64,000 nt of DNA, from assembly GCA_032718475.1 (NCBI GenBank), contig JAUCBJ010006667.1:3912-67911 (forward strand), given 5' to 3'. The notes beneath the pieces were generated by a model, which did not search any database, was not told where the DNA came from, and saw only the letters and a list, made by a program, of their open reading frames with translations. Below, piece by piece: positions 35,962 to 47,545 of the stretch. The stretch comes from Nemertoderma westbladi (Eukaryota; Animalia; Xenacoelomorpha). Within the stretch, counting starts at the first letter, position 1. Every line of letters starts with the position of its first letter. The position numbers were made by a program, and so were the translations under genes.

Positions 35962-38900
35962 ATGACATCCATAGTGGAAACCTTACCAGTATGGATGCGC
36001 AGCCTATGGCGCAAGAAGGCATATGTCCTACGCGAGGAAAAGGACAGGGAACCAGATTTTGCAGACCTGTCCGCCTTCCTTACCTTCCAGGCAGAGATTA
36101 TGACAGACCCCATATATGGGGAAGATAACTTCAACATTCCTAAAACTGGAGGAAAATCTAAAGTACTTCCCGCAACCACAAATAGAGACAAAATGAATAG
36201 CCCTGCTTATCCACTGCCACGCAAAAATGCCACAGGTGTTTTTCATCTGGCAGAAAATGAAAGGTCCAGTAGGGATCCCGTGTCAAGATCGAAGTCACCC
36301 TCGGTGCCAGCAAAAAGGCACCAACCACCAGTGGCACCTCCGGAGGGCACTTCTCGAAATTCGACATATAAACAATCGGAGTGGTTTACTCCATTTACAC
36401 CTTACTGGGACATAGGAACCTTAGATTACAGCGACGAGGTGGACTGCCAGATCCATTTCAGAAACAAAGGTCACCCTACTAGAACTTGCAGGGTGTGGCA
36501 AGCACAAAGCCAACAGGACAAGTGGAATTACCACAAGCGTCATGGTACATGCAAGCATTGTGTGACCACAGGCCACTTTTCAACGAACTGTCCCTATGCG
36601 CCTGCAAAGTCTGGGAAATCTGCTGAATCCGGGTCTACAGGCGTGATAAACACTTTATCTCTCCAGGATCGATATTATGGAGAGACAACGTATCTTAAGA
36701 TACTTCCTGTTAGAGTGACAGGATCGAGGAAACGGTCACTGACAACCCTAGCACTAGTCGATAACGGTGCTGGAATCGACATCCAAGGTGAAGTCGTTCG
36801 GAAGCAGTTGCATATTGCAACACAGCCAGAGACCGTGCATATAAGCACTATTGCATTAAAGAACCAGGAGATAAACATGCCGGTTGGGGAATGTACAGTT
36901 AGTTCTATTATGCCAGGGCCTGAGTTCTCAATTAAGTGCCCAGCAGTACGTGTGATAGACGAGGTAAACGTTCCCGCCGAAAGAGCAACAACGGAGGAGA
37001 TAGCCCAGTACTCATACCTGGACGGCATCGACTTCTCTCTTCCGCCATTGGATCTTCCATATGTCACCATGGTGCTGGGGATGTGCTGTCTCCCGGTACA
37101 TGCAGAGCTGGAGATAGTTCAGGGTCCGGGTAGAAATCAGCCCCAGGCTGTACGAACACCCCTGGGTTGGGTATTACTTGGCAAGGTGGCTAATGTACCG
37201 TCTATATCAAACCCGACAGAGGCTGTTACTGCTAACCACATCATTAAATCAGTAAAACCGGGCCCAGCTAGACCAATCACATCCCATGAACTCACTTATA
37301 CCCCAACTGACACAGCTGGGATCTCAAGTGGCACTACGGTGGCACAAGACCTAGCAACCCTCTTCAACCTGGATAGCGAAGGGTTGTATGAACCGACGCT
37401 TGGCCAATCCCAGGAGGATGTTAGAGCAACCAAGGCACTAACAAATTCAACCATCTTTCGAGATGGCCACTACACAGCAAGAATGCTGTGGAAAGACCCG
37501 AATGGGCAGTTACCTAACAATGAATCCATGGCAGTAGAGCGCCTACGCAAATTCAAGGTAACGCTCAACCGAGATGAGCGAAAGAAACAGTTTGTTCATC
37601 GAACCATTCAGAAGTATCTAGATCGAGGGTGGGCAGTCCAGCTAGCGAACCAGGAACCCAATACTACTCGAACCTATTACTTACCCCTTCATGTCGCCGT
37701 AGATGTGAAGAAGAACAATAAACTCCGGTTGGTTAACGACGCTGCAGCCAAATACCATGGGAAGTCGCTGAACGACTATCTCCATGAGGGGCCCAACATT
37801 TATAATACAGGAGCAGATGTGCTCATGAGGTTCAGAGAGGGAACCAAGGCCTTCACATGCGATGTGGAGGCCATGTTCCACCAAGTTCGGGTCTATCAGG
37901 AGGACAGCGATAGCCTCCGATTCCTCTGGCACGACAGCGATAACCCGAACGAGGTGCCAAAGAAATTCAAGATGTTGGTCCACATCTTTGGCGCCAAGTG
38001 TTCGCCGTTCATCACCACAGATAAACTACGGCAAACCACCTTTGACAAGAATGTTCTCATCGAATTCTCACAAGAGGTAATCCGCATGATTAGGGAGAAC
38101 TTCTATGTAGACGATGGTCTGCAATCAGCCAACTCGACTGAACAAATCCTCAGCCTAGTGAAGGAAGCGGTAGAGATTCTACGGCGGGGAGGATTCTGGC
38201 TGAGGCAGTTCAAGTCGAATTGTCCCGAATTTGACGCCGAGATGGCCCCAGAGGATAAATCCACAGGCCTTCTCAAACAAAGTGAGAACATGGCTCCTAT
38301 AAGCCTACAACCTCTAGCGGAGGGTAGGAGCCAGCCAGACGCAGCCTCAGGGGAAGTCAACCGGATATTGACGGAGGCTTCGGCAGAGCCTGAGGCCAGA
38401 GTGCTTGGGATTTCATGGGATAGGATCAACGATAATCTCGTGTATATCTTCAACGAGACAGCTATGACAAAGCATACATTACGGAATTACCTATCATACA
38501 TCGCGAGGATGTATGACCCCATAGGGTTAGCATCACCTAACCTGGTGGTGGGAAGGCATATCCTTCGCGAAGCATATCTGGGGAAGTTCAGATGGGATGA
38601 GGAACTCCCAGAACAGCTCAAAATCAAGTGGAGAGCTTGGCTCGAAGTTCTCAAGGATAATAGAAGGCTAAGTATACCGCGACCGTACTTCTCGGATGGG
38701 AATATGTCCGAAGTGGTCCTGCATGCCTTCTCAGACGCATCGACTAAGGGATATGGGGCCGTGATATACGTGGTTCAAGGAGGAGAGAACAACCTGCAAC
38801 CACGTCTGATCTTCAGTAAGGCCAGAACTGCTCCACTAAAACTAGTGACAATCCCGCGATTAGAGCTGATGGCTGCACTTCTGGCCACACGCGCAGCTCA

Positions 38901-40758
38901 ACAAGTACAAAAAGGTCTTAAGAATGAGCGAGAAGTAGAGTATTGGACGGATTCCACTGTTGTGCTTCGCTACATTCAAAATGAATCACGAAGATTCAAA
39001 GTTTTCGTTGCTCATAGAGTGGACGAGATACGTGCCACGACCAACCTAAATAAGTGGCACTTCTGCCCGACAGACCAGAACCCAGCCGACCTAGTGTCCC
39101 GGGGAACCCTCAAAGTCCCATCTAAGGAGTTGGAGACGCTCTGGCAGCATGGACCCTCTTTTCTCCATGATGTGGGGAAGTGGCCGGAATTCTCGGACAA
39201 AGGTCAATCTCCCAAGTTAGACCCAGAAGATCCAGAGGTCAAGGTGGAGACCGTGTGCTTCGCTACTACTAGTACACTGATGACACCAACAGATAAACTC
39301 TTGAGTCATAGCTCTTCATGGTATAAGACTGTGAAGCTGGCAGCCAACTTCAGGGCCTGGTTCGCCTATATCAGACAAGGGCGTACTGGAGACAAGCCCA
39401 TTATAGACTGGAAGGGGGCCAAGGTGGCTGTCATTAAGTATGTCCAGCGACTGGCATACACACAGGAGATAGGACGGTTAGCATCTGGGAAACCCATTCC
39501 GATGGATAGCCTAATCAAATCGTTGTCACCAACACTAAACCAGGAAGGAGTCCTGGTCATGGACTCACGAGTACGACGGGCAGGATGTCAGATAATTCCA
39601 AGCAAGCCCGTAATACTACCGCGGCAGAGACCAGTGACGCAGCAGATCATCAACGATAGTCACCAGCGGGTGATGCATGGGGGTACTGACGCAACTCTCG
39701 CTTACGTGAGACGCACGTACTGGATTCCAGCGGTGCGCCGATCAATCAAACAGACTATAAACTCTTGTTCTACCTGCCGTTTAGTGCGGAAAGTACGAGT
39801 AACCCAAGTGATGGCGCCGCTTCCACCCGAACGAACAATAGAGTATGAACCACCATTTACCTATACAGGAACTGATATGTTCGGGCCGATAGTGGTAAAG
39901 GTTTATCGACAGCAGCGGAAATCGTACGGCATCATTTTCGTTTGTTACAATACCCGAGCCATCGCCTTGGAACTTGCAGTCGACGCCTCGGCCAGCGCTT
40001 TCATCAACGCCCTTCGACGCTTCATCAATCGATGTGGAAAGATCAAGCGTATGGCTTCCGATAATGGGGGAAATTTCATCGGTGCAGAGGCGGAGCTCAA
40101 AGAAGCCACGTGTACCTTCAATGCCAAGGAAGTGGCTCTCGCAATGCGCCGGGAAGGTGTGGACTGGGTACACACTACGCCCTATGCACCACACACCGCC
40201 GGAGTTTGGGAACGTCTCATTGGAAGTTCCAAACGCCTGATGCTGGCACTACTCAGAGGGCACATCGTCACGGAGGACGTGCTCCGCACTGTCTTTGCAG
40301 AGGGCGAACAAATTATGAACAGCAGACCACTCTGCGCGCTCAATGACGACCCAATGTCACTCGAGGTTCTCACACCCAACCATCTACTGTTGCGACGACC
40401 AGCTCAGATGATGCGACGGGGGGAGTGGGACCCTAATGAACTCTATTCACGCAAGTCCTGGCGGGTGGTACAAGCTCTCGCGGACGAGTATCAACGTCGG
40501 TGGGTTCAAGAATACATACCCACTCTCCACAAGCGACGAAAATGGAGGACGGAGCAGAGGGACCTCAAACCGGGCGACCTCATACTGGTTACCGATGATA
40601 CCCTACTCAAGAAAGACTGGTGCATGGCCAGGATCGTGCGCTGCTACCCAGGCGCAGACGGCCGAGTGCGTTCCGTCGAGGTCAGCCTTGGCAGCGGAGC
40701 TAAGCGCACCTACAAGCGACCAATAGGCAACTGCTGCCTATTGGAATGCGCGCCCTAA
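35962..40758 (+). CDS. BEL/Pao gag C-terminus plus pol: Zn knuckles, aspartic protease, RT, RNase H, integrase
   Basis: CKHC....H....C, ALVDNGA, DVEAMFHQV, FYVDDGL, HAFSDAS, TIPRLEL, WTDS, NPADLVSRG, H...H/C..C, DMFGP, SDNG, GVWERL and KRPI...CLLE. Confidence 0.96.
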   Translation: MTSIVETLPVWMRSLWRKKAYVLREEKDREPDFADLSAFLTFQAEIMTDPIYGEDNFNIPKTGGKSKVLPATTNRDKMNSPAYPLPRKNATGVFHLAENERSSRDPVSRSKSPSVPAKRHQPPVAPPEGTSRNSTYKQSEWFTPFTPYWDIGTLDYSDEVDCQIHFRNKGHPTRTCRVWQAQSQQDKWNYHKRHGTCKHCVTTGHFSTNCPYAPAKSGKSAESGSTGVINTLSLQDRYYGETTYLKILPVRVTGSRKRSLTTLALVDNGAGIDIQGEVVRKQLHIATQPETVHISTIALKNQEINMPVGECTVSSIMPGPEFSIKCPAVRVIDEVNVPAERATTEEIAQYSYLDGIDFSLPPLDLPYVTMVLGMCCLPVHAELEIVQGPGRNQPQAVRTPLGWVLLGKVANVPSISNPTEAVTANHIIKSVKPGPARPITSHELTYTPTDTAGISSGTTVAQDLATLFNLDSEGLYEPTLGQSQEDVRATKALTNSTIFRDGHYTARMLWKDPNGQLPNNESMAVERLRKFKVTLNRDERKKQFVHRTIQKYLDRGWAVQLANQEPNTTRTYYLPLHVAVDVKKNNKLRLVNDAAAKYHGKSLNDYLHEGPNIYNTGADVLMRFREGTKAFTCDVEAMFHQVRVYQEDSDSLRFLWHDSDNPNEVPKKFKMLVHIFGAKCSPFITTDKLRQTTFDKNVLIEFSQEVIRMIRENFYVDDGLQSANSTEQILSLVKEAVEILRRGGFWLRQFKSNCPEFDAEMAPEDKSTGLLKQSENMAPISLQPLAEGRSQPDAASGEVNRILTEASAEPEARVLGISWDRINDNLVYIFNETAMTKHTLRNYLSYIARMYDPIGLASPNLVVGRHILREAYLGKFRWDEELPEQLKIKWRAWLEVLKDNRRLSIPRPYFSDGNMSEVVLHAFSDASTKGYGAVIYVVQGGENNLQPRLIFSKARTAPLKLVTIPRLELMAALLATRAAQQVQKGLKNEREVEYWTDSTVVLRYIQNESRRFKVFVAHRVDEIRATTNLNKWHFCPTDQNPADLVSRGTLKVPSKELETLWQHGPSFLHDVGKWPEFSDKGQSPKLDPEDPEVKVETVCFATTSTLMTPTDKLLSHSSSWYKTVKLAANFRAWFAYIRQGRTGDKPIIDWKGAKVAVIKYVQRLAYTQEIGRLASGKPIPMDSLIKSLSPTLNQEGVLVMDSRVRRAGCQIIPSKPVILPRQRPVTQQIINDSHQRVMHGGTDATLAYVRRTYWIPAVRRSIKQTINSCSTCRLVRKVRVTQVMAPLPPERTIEYEPPFTYTGTDMFGPIVVKVYRQQRKSYGIIFVCYNTRAIALELAVDASASAFINALRRFINRCGKIKRMASDNGGNFIGAEAELKEATCTFNAKEVALAMRREGVDWVHTTPYAPHTAGVWERLIGSSKRLMLALLRGHIVTEDVLRTVFAEGEQIMNSRPLCALNDDPMSLEVLTPNHLLLRRPAQMMRRGEWDPNELYSRKSWRVVQALADEYQRRWVQEYIPTLHKRRKWRTEQRDLKPGDLILVTDDTLLKKDWCMARIVRCYPGADGRVRSVEVSLGSGAKRTYKRPIGNCCLLECAP

Positions 40759-40871
40759 TTAAAGACGGGGCAAGCCGTCTGGGGGGAGGATGGGTGGCAA
40801 AAAAAAAAAAAAAAACCAAAATCCTCTCAACTTCGCATCGACAGCAGATATCGACAACTGGTGCGAAGGAT

Positions 40872-41280
40872 GATATCCACCAGTGGATTATCATAAACTC
40901 AATGTCTACCCGTAGACTTTAACAAACTCTCCTTTATGTCTATTCAATAGACTTAATAAACTCAACTTTATGTCCTCTCTATGGACAGCTTTATGTGCCT
41001 ATTTAAAGGACAACATAGGTCTACCCCGTAGACTGTGTGGACAGCTTTAGCTTTAGATCTATTCCATAGATCGCTTACTTACATCCACTCCGTGGATAGC
41101 TTTAGGTCTATTCTGTAGACCACTTACTTATGTCCACTTAATGGACAACCTTATGTCTACTCCGTAGACGATGTAGCTAGGCCTGCTTTATAGGCTGCTA
41201 GTACTATAATGTCCAATCCGGGACAGCTCAACTATGTCTATTCCATAGACAGCTAATGTTACTAGGATTACTCCGTAGTC
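40872..41280 (+). repeat. Array of about 13 short stem-loop units in the 3' non-coding region of element 1
   Basis: Units such as gtctac-tcc-gtagac, gtctat-tcc-atagac, atccac-tcc-gtggat and gatctat-tcc-atagatc, spaced about 25-35 bp apart. Confidence 0.8.
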
Positions 41281-42988
41281 TTCAGTAACTAAAAACTGAC
41301 TGGGTCTCTAGGACGCGTGGTAAACCCTGTAAAGGGCAAACCCACCACTGGAGGCACGGCTGTCAGTGTGCACTTGAATATTCCACCGCAGGGATATGCC
41401 TATCCGATTGTGCCGCAATCGGTGAGCGAGGCTACCCCTAAAAGCTATGTTTGTAGAGGGCTCCGCGCTCTACGGCATAGCGCCACTCTAATTAACAATG
41501 TCATTTGTTAATTAGCCCTAACTCTTCTATTTCTAATTAATTATGTACCTAGCACTATGTATAATTATAGCAAACTTCTATAGTGTAATATAGGTCTGTG
41601 CCTCTTACTTATAGGCACATTACGCGCAACGAATGTAGGCTATTACTAGGATAGCATTCTTCTTAGACTAAGTGAAACCTATATTAGCACCACCAACCAC
41701 CATTATTATTCATTGTGACAAGGAATTGGATTAATATTGCGCCACGCTATTTAGCATCTGAGTCTCATCAAGACACTGCCTTGTCACATACAAACCATAG
41801 CTAGCACAATCTGAGTTATTGCGAGTTAAGCCTTGTTGGCTTAGATTATAGCTATGGTTCCCAATGCCAATCAACTGAAGGATATGACACGCGGGTTCTA
41901 CTTTCTACGCGCATCTGGTTGAAGATTATCCCACCGCAATGTCCAAAATGTATGTTATAAAGTGTGAAACCGTGTTTACATGACAACTTATGTAATTACC
42001 GTTCTAGAACGTGAAGGATCGGCTATCAGTGTTATATAGCTTAGAGCGCTCGACCTAAAGAGAAAGATATGCCCTATTAAATTCAAAATTGGTGCATAGT
42101 TAAATTTAGTCATACCATCCACCAATAGTTTATTGTAAATTAATAAAGTGCTCCATGTTCTTAAAATTTTCTTACTTTATTAAACCTAATACGGTAGGGG
42201 CAAATTTGATGGACATGAGACCACTGACAACCCATTTTAACAATGGGATCATTCTAAGGCGGCAAACCACCATGTTGGCTCCGTCAACATGGGTCATAGT
42301 TAGCGACTTAGCAGTTCCACTGCTTGGCGCTAATACTGGGGATGTACATACAGTGAAGTATGTACATTTCTCTGTGTGGGCTAAAAAGCGCATTTAGTTC
42401 TCACAGGCAGTCTGGGGTACATGAATACATGAATTCACGCCTGTTCATGTACCAAGGAGCGACGATCCGTCGTTTAGCTCTCAGACACGCTAGTGCTTGC
42501 CAAAGATACGCGGTAAGTTGCTTGATGTGTCTCCTCTGGCGAAGATCAAGAGACACTGACTCAGCAAGGTAAGGTCATAGGTATCGGCTCCGTCGTAGTA
42601 CCTGTTCTTGCCTGCTCCACAGCTGGCAAAAATGGTTAGTGTAACCTAGGGTGTACTGCTCCGCAGTTACACCCGCGCGCCCGGCTGCAGTTTCGTTACC
42701 TGGCAATCGAGGTAAAGTTAGCGCCTCTAGCACCACAGGTAAGGAAACAAGAATGTAATCGCCTAGTCCCCGACGAAGCGAGAACATGTACCCATCTGCC
42801 CCTTGGGACTACAGTAGGGATTCTCCCAAAGTCTAGTCAGTGTTAACCAAGGGTAAGTACTATCAGCAGTATGTCCAAGGGAGGGAATAGTCCATTCAAC
42901 TGCAAATGTCAACCAGCAGGCTAAGTCTTTTGGGTATAAGGAAATTTGCGAGGTTGTTCCGCAACCTCTCAAATTCCTTAGGGGGGAG

Positions 42989-43529
42989 TGTGACCGTAGC
43001 CCAGCCATCCCGGCCATAAGAACCATTATATGGGTAGGGGCTTCAATTTCAAATATTCCCTCATCTCTCTTTCCCCATTTAACTACCCACAATACCAATA
43101 GTTCTACCATTTCGGCCGCTTCACCTATTACAGCATTGCCACCGGCCCTTACAGTAGGTGTAGCGTAGCCATGGTATTACTGTGTCATGATCGGGTGCTA
43201 TTTATAGGTGTATATCATACCGCGCTCTGTGAGTGGCTGTTGTCTCCCATTCGCTAACGGTTCTACCGCCAGAACCTATAAGGCAGGGCGTTTCTCAACC
43301 TCTGCATTATTCCTTCTGCAGTGTACCTGACAGCGTGCCATTGCTTCTACCGTAGTTTCTGCCTTTTCAGACATTCAACATCAGTCACTCACAGACCGGC
43401 CCATAAAACTCACTTATGCATAACAACATTATTCTAAGATCTATTCAACTTTATTATCATGGGTTCGGGAAGGGCGGGAGCTACGCGTTATTAGCGGCTC
43501 ACAGGTTCATCAGCCAGCAGTGGGGAATA
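42989..43529 (+). repeat. 3' LTR of element 1 (541 bp)
   Basis: Direct repeat of the 5' LTR, preceded by the PPT and followed by the TSD. Confidence 0.95.
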
Positions 43530-43721
43530 GATCATTTCTATAGTATGGTTTGCTCATACCCATCTCCTCCGTTGAGAGCGAGTGCTTGGGGATGAGTTAG
43601 AGTGGCCTTTCTTGACCGTGAGGAAAGTCTCTAGGTCGGCCTCTCCGAGGTCCTTGGTGTGACTGTCTGTGATCGCTCCCACTCCCTCGGGAGTGGGATG
43701 GACTGGCCGCGTTCTGAGAGT
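43530..43721 (+). ncRNA. U3: U3 snoRNA gene, 3' part
   Basis: Box A remainder (gatca)tttctatag, box C' ggatga, box B gaccgtga, box C-like tgtgatcg, hairpin tcccactccc/gggagtggga, stem gtggcc/ggccgc and box D ctga (43714-43717). The rejoined length is about 209 nt. Confidence 0.85.
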
Positions 43722-44409
43722 GATGGATTAACAATAACATGGGGCAAAACACGATAATAAATTGCTTAAATTTAAAACATGAAATTGAACTTTATTTATT
43801 TTATTGTAATGATTTAATTTCAATTATAATTTTATAAAATATCAATAAATATACTATATTTATACCTTAACATTTCAATAATTCATTACTTTTGCTATAG
43901 TTAGTAAAGCAAACAGTGTAACCTACCATAATAATGTAACGGAACGGTATAAAGTTACCATAAGTAGCCCAAACCAACAAACACTATGAATTAATTATAC
44001 GATTATACATGGAAATAAATGTAATATCGTCGTGGTAATTAGGGCCTAATTAAGCTAAGCCGGTTAGAGTATGACAAAAATCAAGCCGATATTTATAACG
44101 AAACTGCCTCTTTATAGAGGTTGGTAGTTGTTGCAGTAAAGATGGACCCTCAATAAAGCGCAAGACTTAAGATGTGAAAGTAGCGGGTTCGATACCGAAT
44201 CAGTTCCTTTTGTGTTTTTTGTTGTTAAAGTTTAGGAGTTTTGTATAGCTCCAGCTTTCTGGCTTTTCTGGTTAGATACGGAACTGTCGATTACACAGAA
44301 AATGTACGATAATTGTAAAGTGCGGTTGGACCAGAGAGTTATTATTTCTTCCCGAACATTATTCAACCAACGGTATTGTATATAAACTTGAACGGCATAA
44401 TCAGTTCAC

Positions 44410-45511
44410 TTATGTTTCTGACTCCTGAGTGACTAATCCCGTCCTATCATTAGTATCACATCCTATCTTGACATTGCTACGACTGTAAGCGTGTTTAAGA
44501 ATATCCCAAAGGCATACACTGGAATGAAACCGGAAGTATATCGCCATGGGTGTAACAGTGTGAAGTATCATGTGCCAGGTGTTTGCACCATAGAAACTGA
44601 CTTGAACTGTGTTTGTATCGAATTTCGTTTCAAAAATACTATCCACCCACAAAGCGATATTAGAAAGAAGGGCGAATACAACTAAACCTTTACTCCAAGT
44701 CTCGCCATTCGCAATTGGTCTTCGATGTAATCCATCAAGTATAACAGCTGCTTGAACTGTGACCTCTATGAAGTGGAATGTGTATGTAGAGGCGGATATT
44801 CCTTTGTCATAAATTGATGATTCATCATCAAATATGGCGGCTACCAAATTGAAGGCGCTTTCAAAATACATACCGATCAGCGAGATTACTATAAGCGCGT
44901 TGTCCAAATAAGTTTTTTCGTTTTTCTCAAATTGATGTTGAAGTTTAAGAATGATCCCAATCGTAATCATAGACAGTGTCAGGGCTATCATCATCCCCAT
45001 AATGTAGGCATAATACCAAACCAGAGCCTTGCTTGAAATGCTGTCTTCTCTGCCGGGTTTGGATATAACAGTGGCCACCATAGCTAAAACAACAGCACAG
45101 ATTACCAGAACAATAGCTCCGAGAATCAGACCAATAGTCATGGAAATAGCGCCGACACTACTCGAAGTAACGCTGACGGTGGTGTCACTATCAGGAACAG
45201 CTGACGTGATATCCGCCTTTGAGGTCTGCTCCTTCAATGTTGAATCTTTCGACGTTGAACTAACGTCTTCATTGGCAGATTTTATGTTTTTGAACATGAA
45301 AAAGGAAATAGTTGCCCCTATCAAACAATATTCGATACGACACGGAAGTAAAAACGGTCTACTCTTATAGGGAACTTTGAGGAGATCGATGGTTGAGTTT
45401 GGTATTTCGCAACTGTTATTTTGGTGTTCGTAGGTTTGATTGTTGTCGAGGTTTCCTCCTTGAAACTCCATTGTTATCGGTAGATTTCCCACTAAATCAA
45501 CCATTGTAATG
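44410..45511 (-). CDS. OTOP: Otopetrin proton channel paralog A, exon 2
   Basis: Motifs LLPCRIEYCLI, FALLSNIALW, FYG..TW..I.....PMAIYFRFHSSVCL. Acceptor is a poly-C tract plus tcgcAG ending at 45512. Confidence 0.88.
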
Positions 45512-45719
45512 CTGCGAGGGGGGGGGGGGGGGGGGGGTCGGTTATTTATAAAGTGATATAAAAAAAAGTATAATTATACAATAATTATATAATGTGTATA
45601 ACGTGTAATAATGTGTTAATAATAATGTATAACGTGTATAATTATACAGATACCGGATTAAAAAATTAATTCACATACTAAATACATATTCGGCGTACAG
45701 CTGCACTGTTAAATTTTAC

Positions 45720-46327
45720 GTAGGTCCCGGCAGTCTGTCGACACTCAACACAACACCTTTGTGCTCCCACAATGGCTACAATAAGCTCCATGGTCCCACA
45801 ACCATTATGGAACCCATGTGACAGACACTTTACAGGATCCCTGGTGCGATTTAATATAATTCTGTTAGCTTTGCAGCAATCGATAGATTCCACGAAAAGT
45901 TCCATAGGTTGTTAGGTTGCCCTTCTTTGGGACCAACTTATTTGTTTTCATTTCTCGAGGGACTATCTTTGTCCTATACATGTCCACAATAATGGGGTGA
46001 ATGAGCTCCAAACACTCAGGAATAGTAAAGACCTCAGAGGCCACGCCATCTACTCCACTGGCACGATTGGTCTTGATGCTCCTTGCTGCAGTCTTGATTT
46101 CAGCAAAGGAGATTTCACCAATGGGGATATCTGTGAGCAGAGAGAACAGACTCAGATACACGATGTTCCTCAAAGTTATCAGGCAATGCCCTGTCATTGT
46201 TTAGAAGCTTCTCAAAGTGGGCTTTCCAACCTTTGAGGCGCTCAGCTGGAGATTCAGCCTTAACCTTGGTACAGTAGTTGGTTGGCTTTTCCTCCCGGTG
46301 AGCAGGTTTATTGATTGCCATGCCTGG
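45720..46327 (-). mobile_element. RTE-like LINE remnant, RT-proximal part (downstream of the LTR insertion)
   Basis: Frameshifted W..HFEKLLN, EI..A...IK..RASGVDGV..EVF, PKKGNL....FRGI and NRIILNR.R. Confidence 0.85.
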
Positions 46328-47545
46328 TGTAAAAGCTTTTGCGGAATTGCCCGGTTATTTTCCCCGTAAAGTACTCTGTAGTTGGTTTAGCAGGCATAAA
46401 AGGCCGTGTCATTGCTGTACCGGTGTTTTTAGGGGACATAAAAGCTATTTCTTCTGTATGTGTACTTTAGAGGACATAATTAGCAATTCTATGACGCAAC
46501 GCCCTAGATCCTCTTGAAACAGTGTCGTTACTATGACGACAGCTAACGGCTGAGCTTTACATGTGTAGCTTGCCCGGAGCCTTGCCTTGGTTCTTTGTTC
46601 TGCTCAGCTCAAAATGACGACATCTATCAGCTGTGTCCACGTGGAGCTCTTTGCCATTCGACCAATCAGAGATTCCCTCTTTGTGTAAAAGCTGTACAGC
46701 AGAATTACAGGGTTCAGTACTGACGTTTCCCCCACGCCTAGAACACCGTCCGGGGAATGTTTTCTGACATTAGAGCGTCTTTAATTATAAGATCATCAAA
46801 CGGTTATCACGGTTTTGCACCTCGGCATCTGATTAAGCACCCTGACGTAAACTGCTTTTCGCCGCATTATTTACTGCTATTTACTGTGTTGTTAATTGTA
46901 TCGTTCGTTTACAAATTATTATTGGGAAGAATATTGATAACGATCCGAAAACCCAATCTTCTTGATACACTAAGGTTAGAGAGACCGGTTACATATAACA
47001 ATTTGCGACATACATTATAGTGGTTTGTAGTGAGTTCAATGCTACTTAATAGGCCCTACAAATGTCGGTTGTTATTCTCTTTATATATGATTAAAATCAG
47101 TGAATGTCGGCAATTCAGTGTGCAGTTGTGTGCAATAGTCTGTGTGCTTGACCGAGTAACAAAGCATTTCCTAAAGAATGCACTTTGGTGATCTATAAGA
47201 CATACTGTTGTGTATAGTGTAAGTCATAGCTCTGTTTAAATAGATAGAGCGCCACGTCCTAAAGGAACTGCTAATATTTCCCTAAAGTGAATAATATTCG
47301 TCAGAGATTATATATTAACGATCAATCGAATAGTACGGTAGGCCTGCACCGCAATCAAATTAAAGCATCCAAATCCAGTCTCCCGGGTATATCCAACGGG
47401 TGAATGGTCGCGCACAGACTGGCTTTGGCTAATGTTAGAATTATTATAGGTGTTCAATACTTGTCATAGGCTGGAGTAGATTTATAACCTAGAAGACATA
47501 TAGATTTGGCAGGTTAAACTGCCAAAGGTCTTAAAAGCGCGAACA
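46328..47545 (+). repeat. 5' LTR of element 2
   Basis: About 6 substitutions versus the 3' LTR by eye; CCAAT at about 46662. Confidence 0.96.

Larger units (their letters stand above)
32122..43529 (+). mobile_element. BEL/Pao LTR retrotransposon 1, full-length; gag region disrupted
   Basis: Paired LTRs, 5-bp TSD gatca (32117-32121 / 43530-43534), PPT aggggggag before the 3' LTR, and Gag-PR-RT-RH-IN domain order. Confidence 0.96.

Noticed and set aside
41300-42988. env gene in the element 1 3' region
   Set aside because: Only short ORFs on either strand, with no recognisable envelope motifs; cannot be supported.
46757-47020. 87-aa ORF present twice (also 58075-58338)
   Set aside because: The duplication simply reflects the two LTRs; no recognisable protein features.
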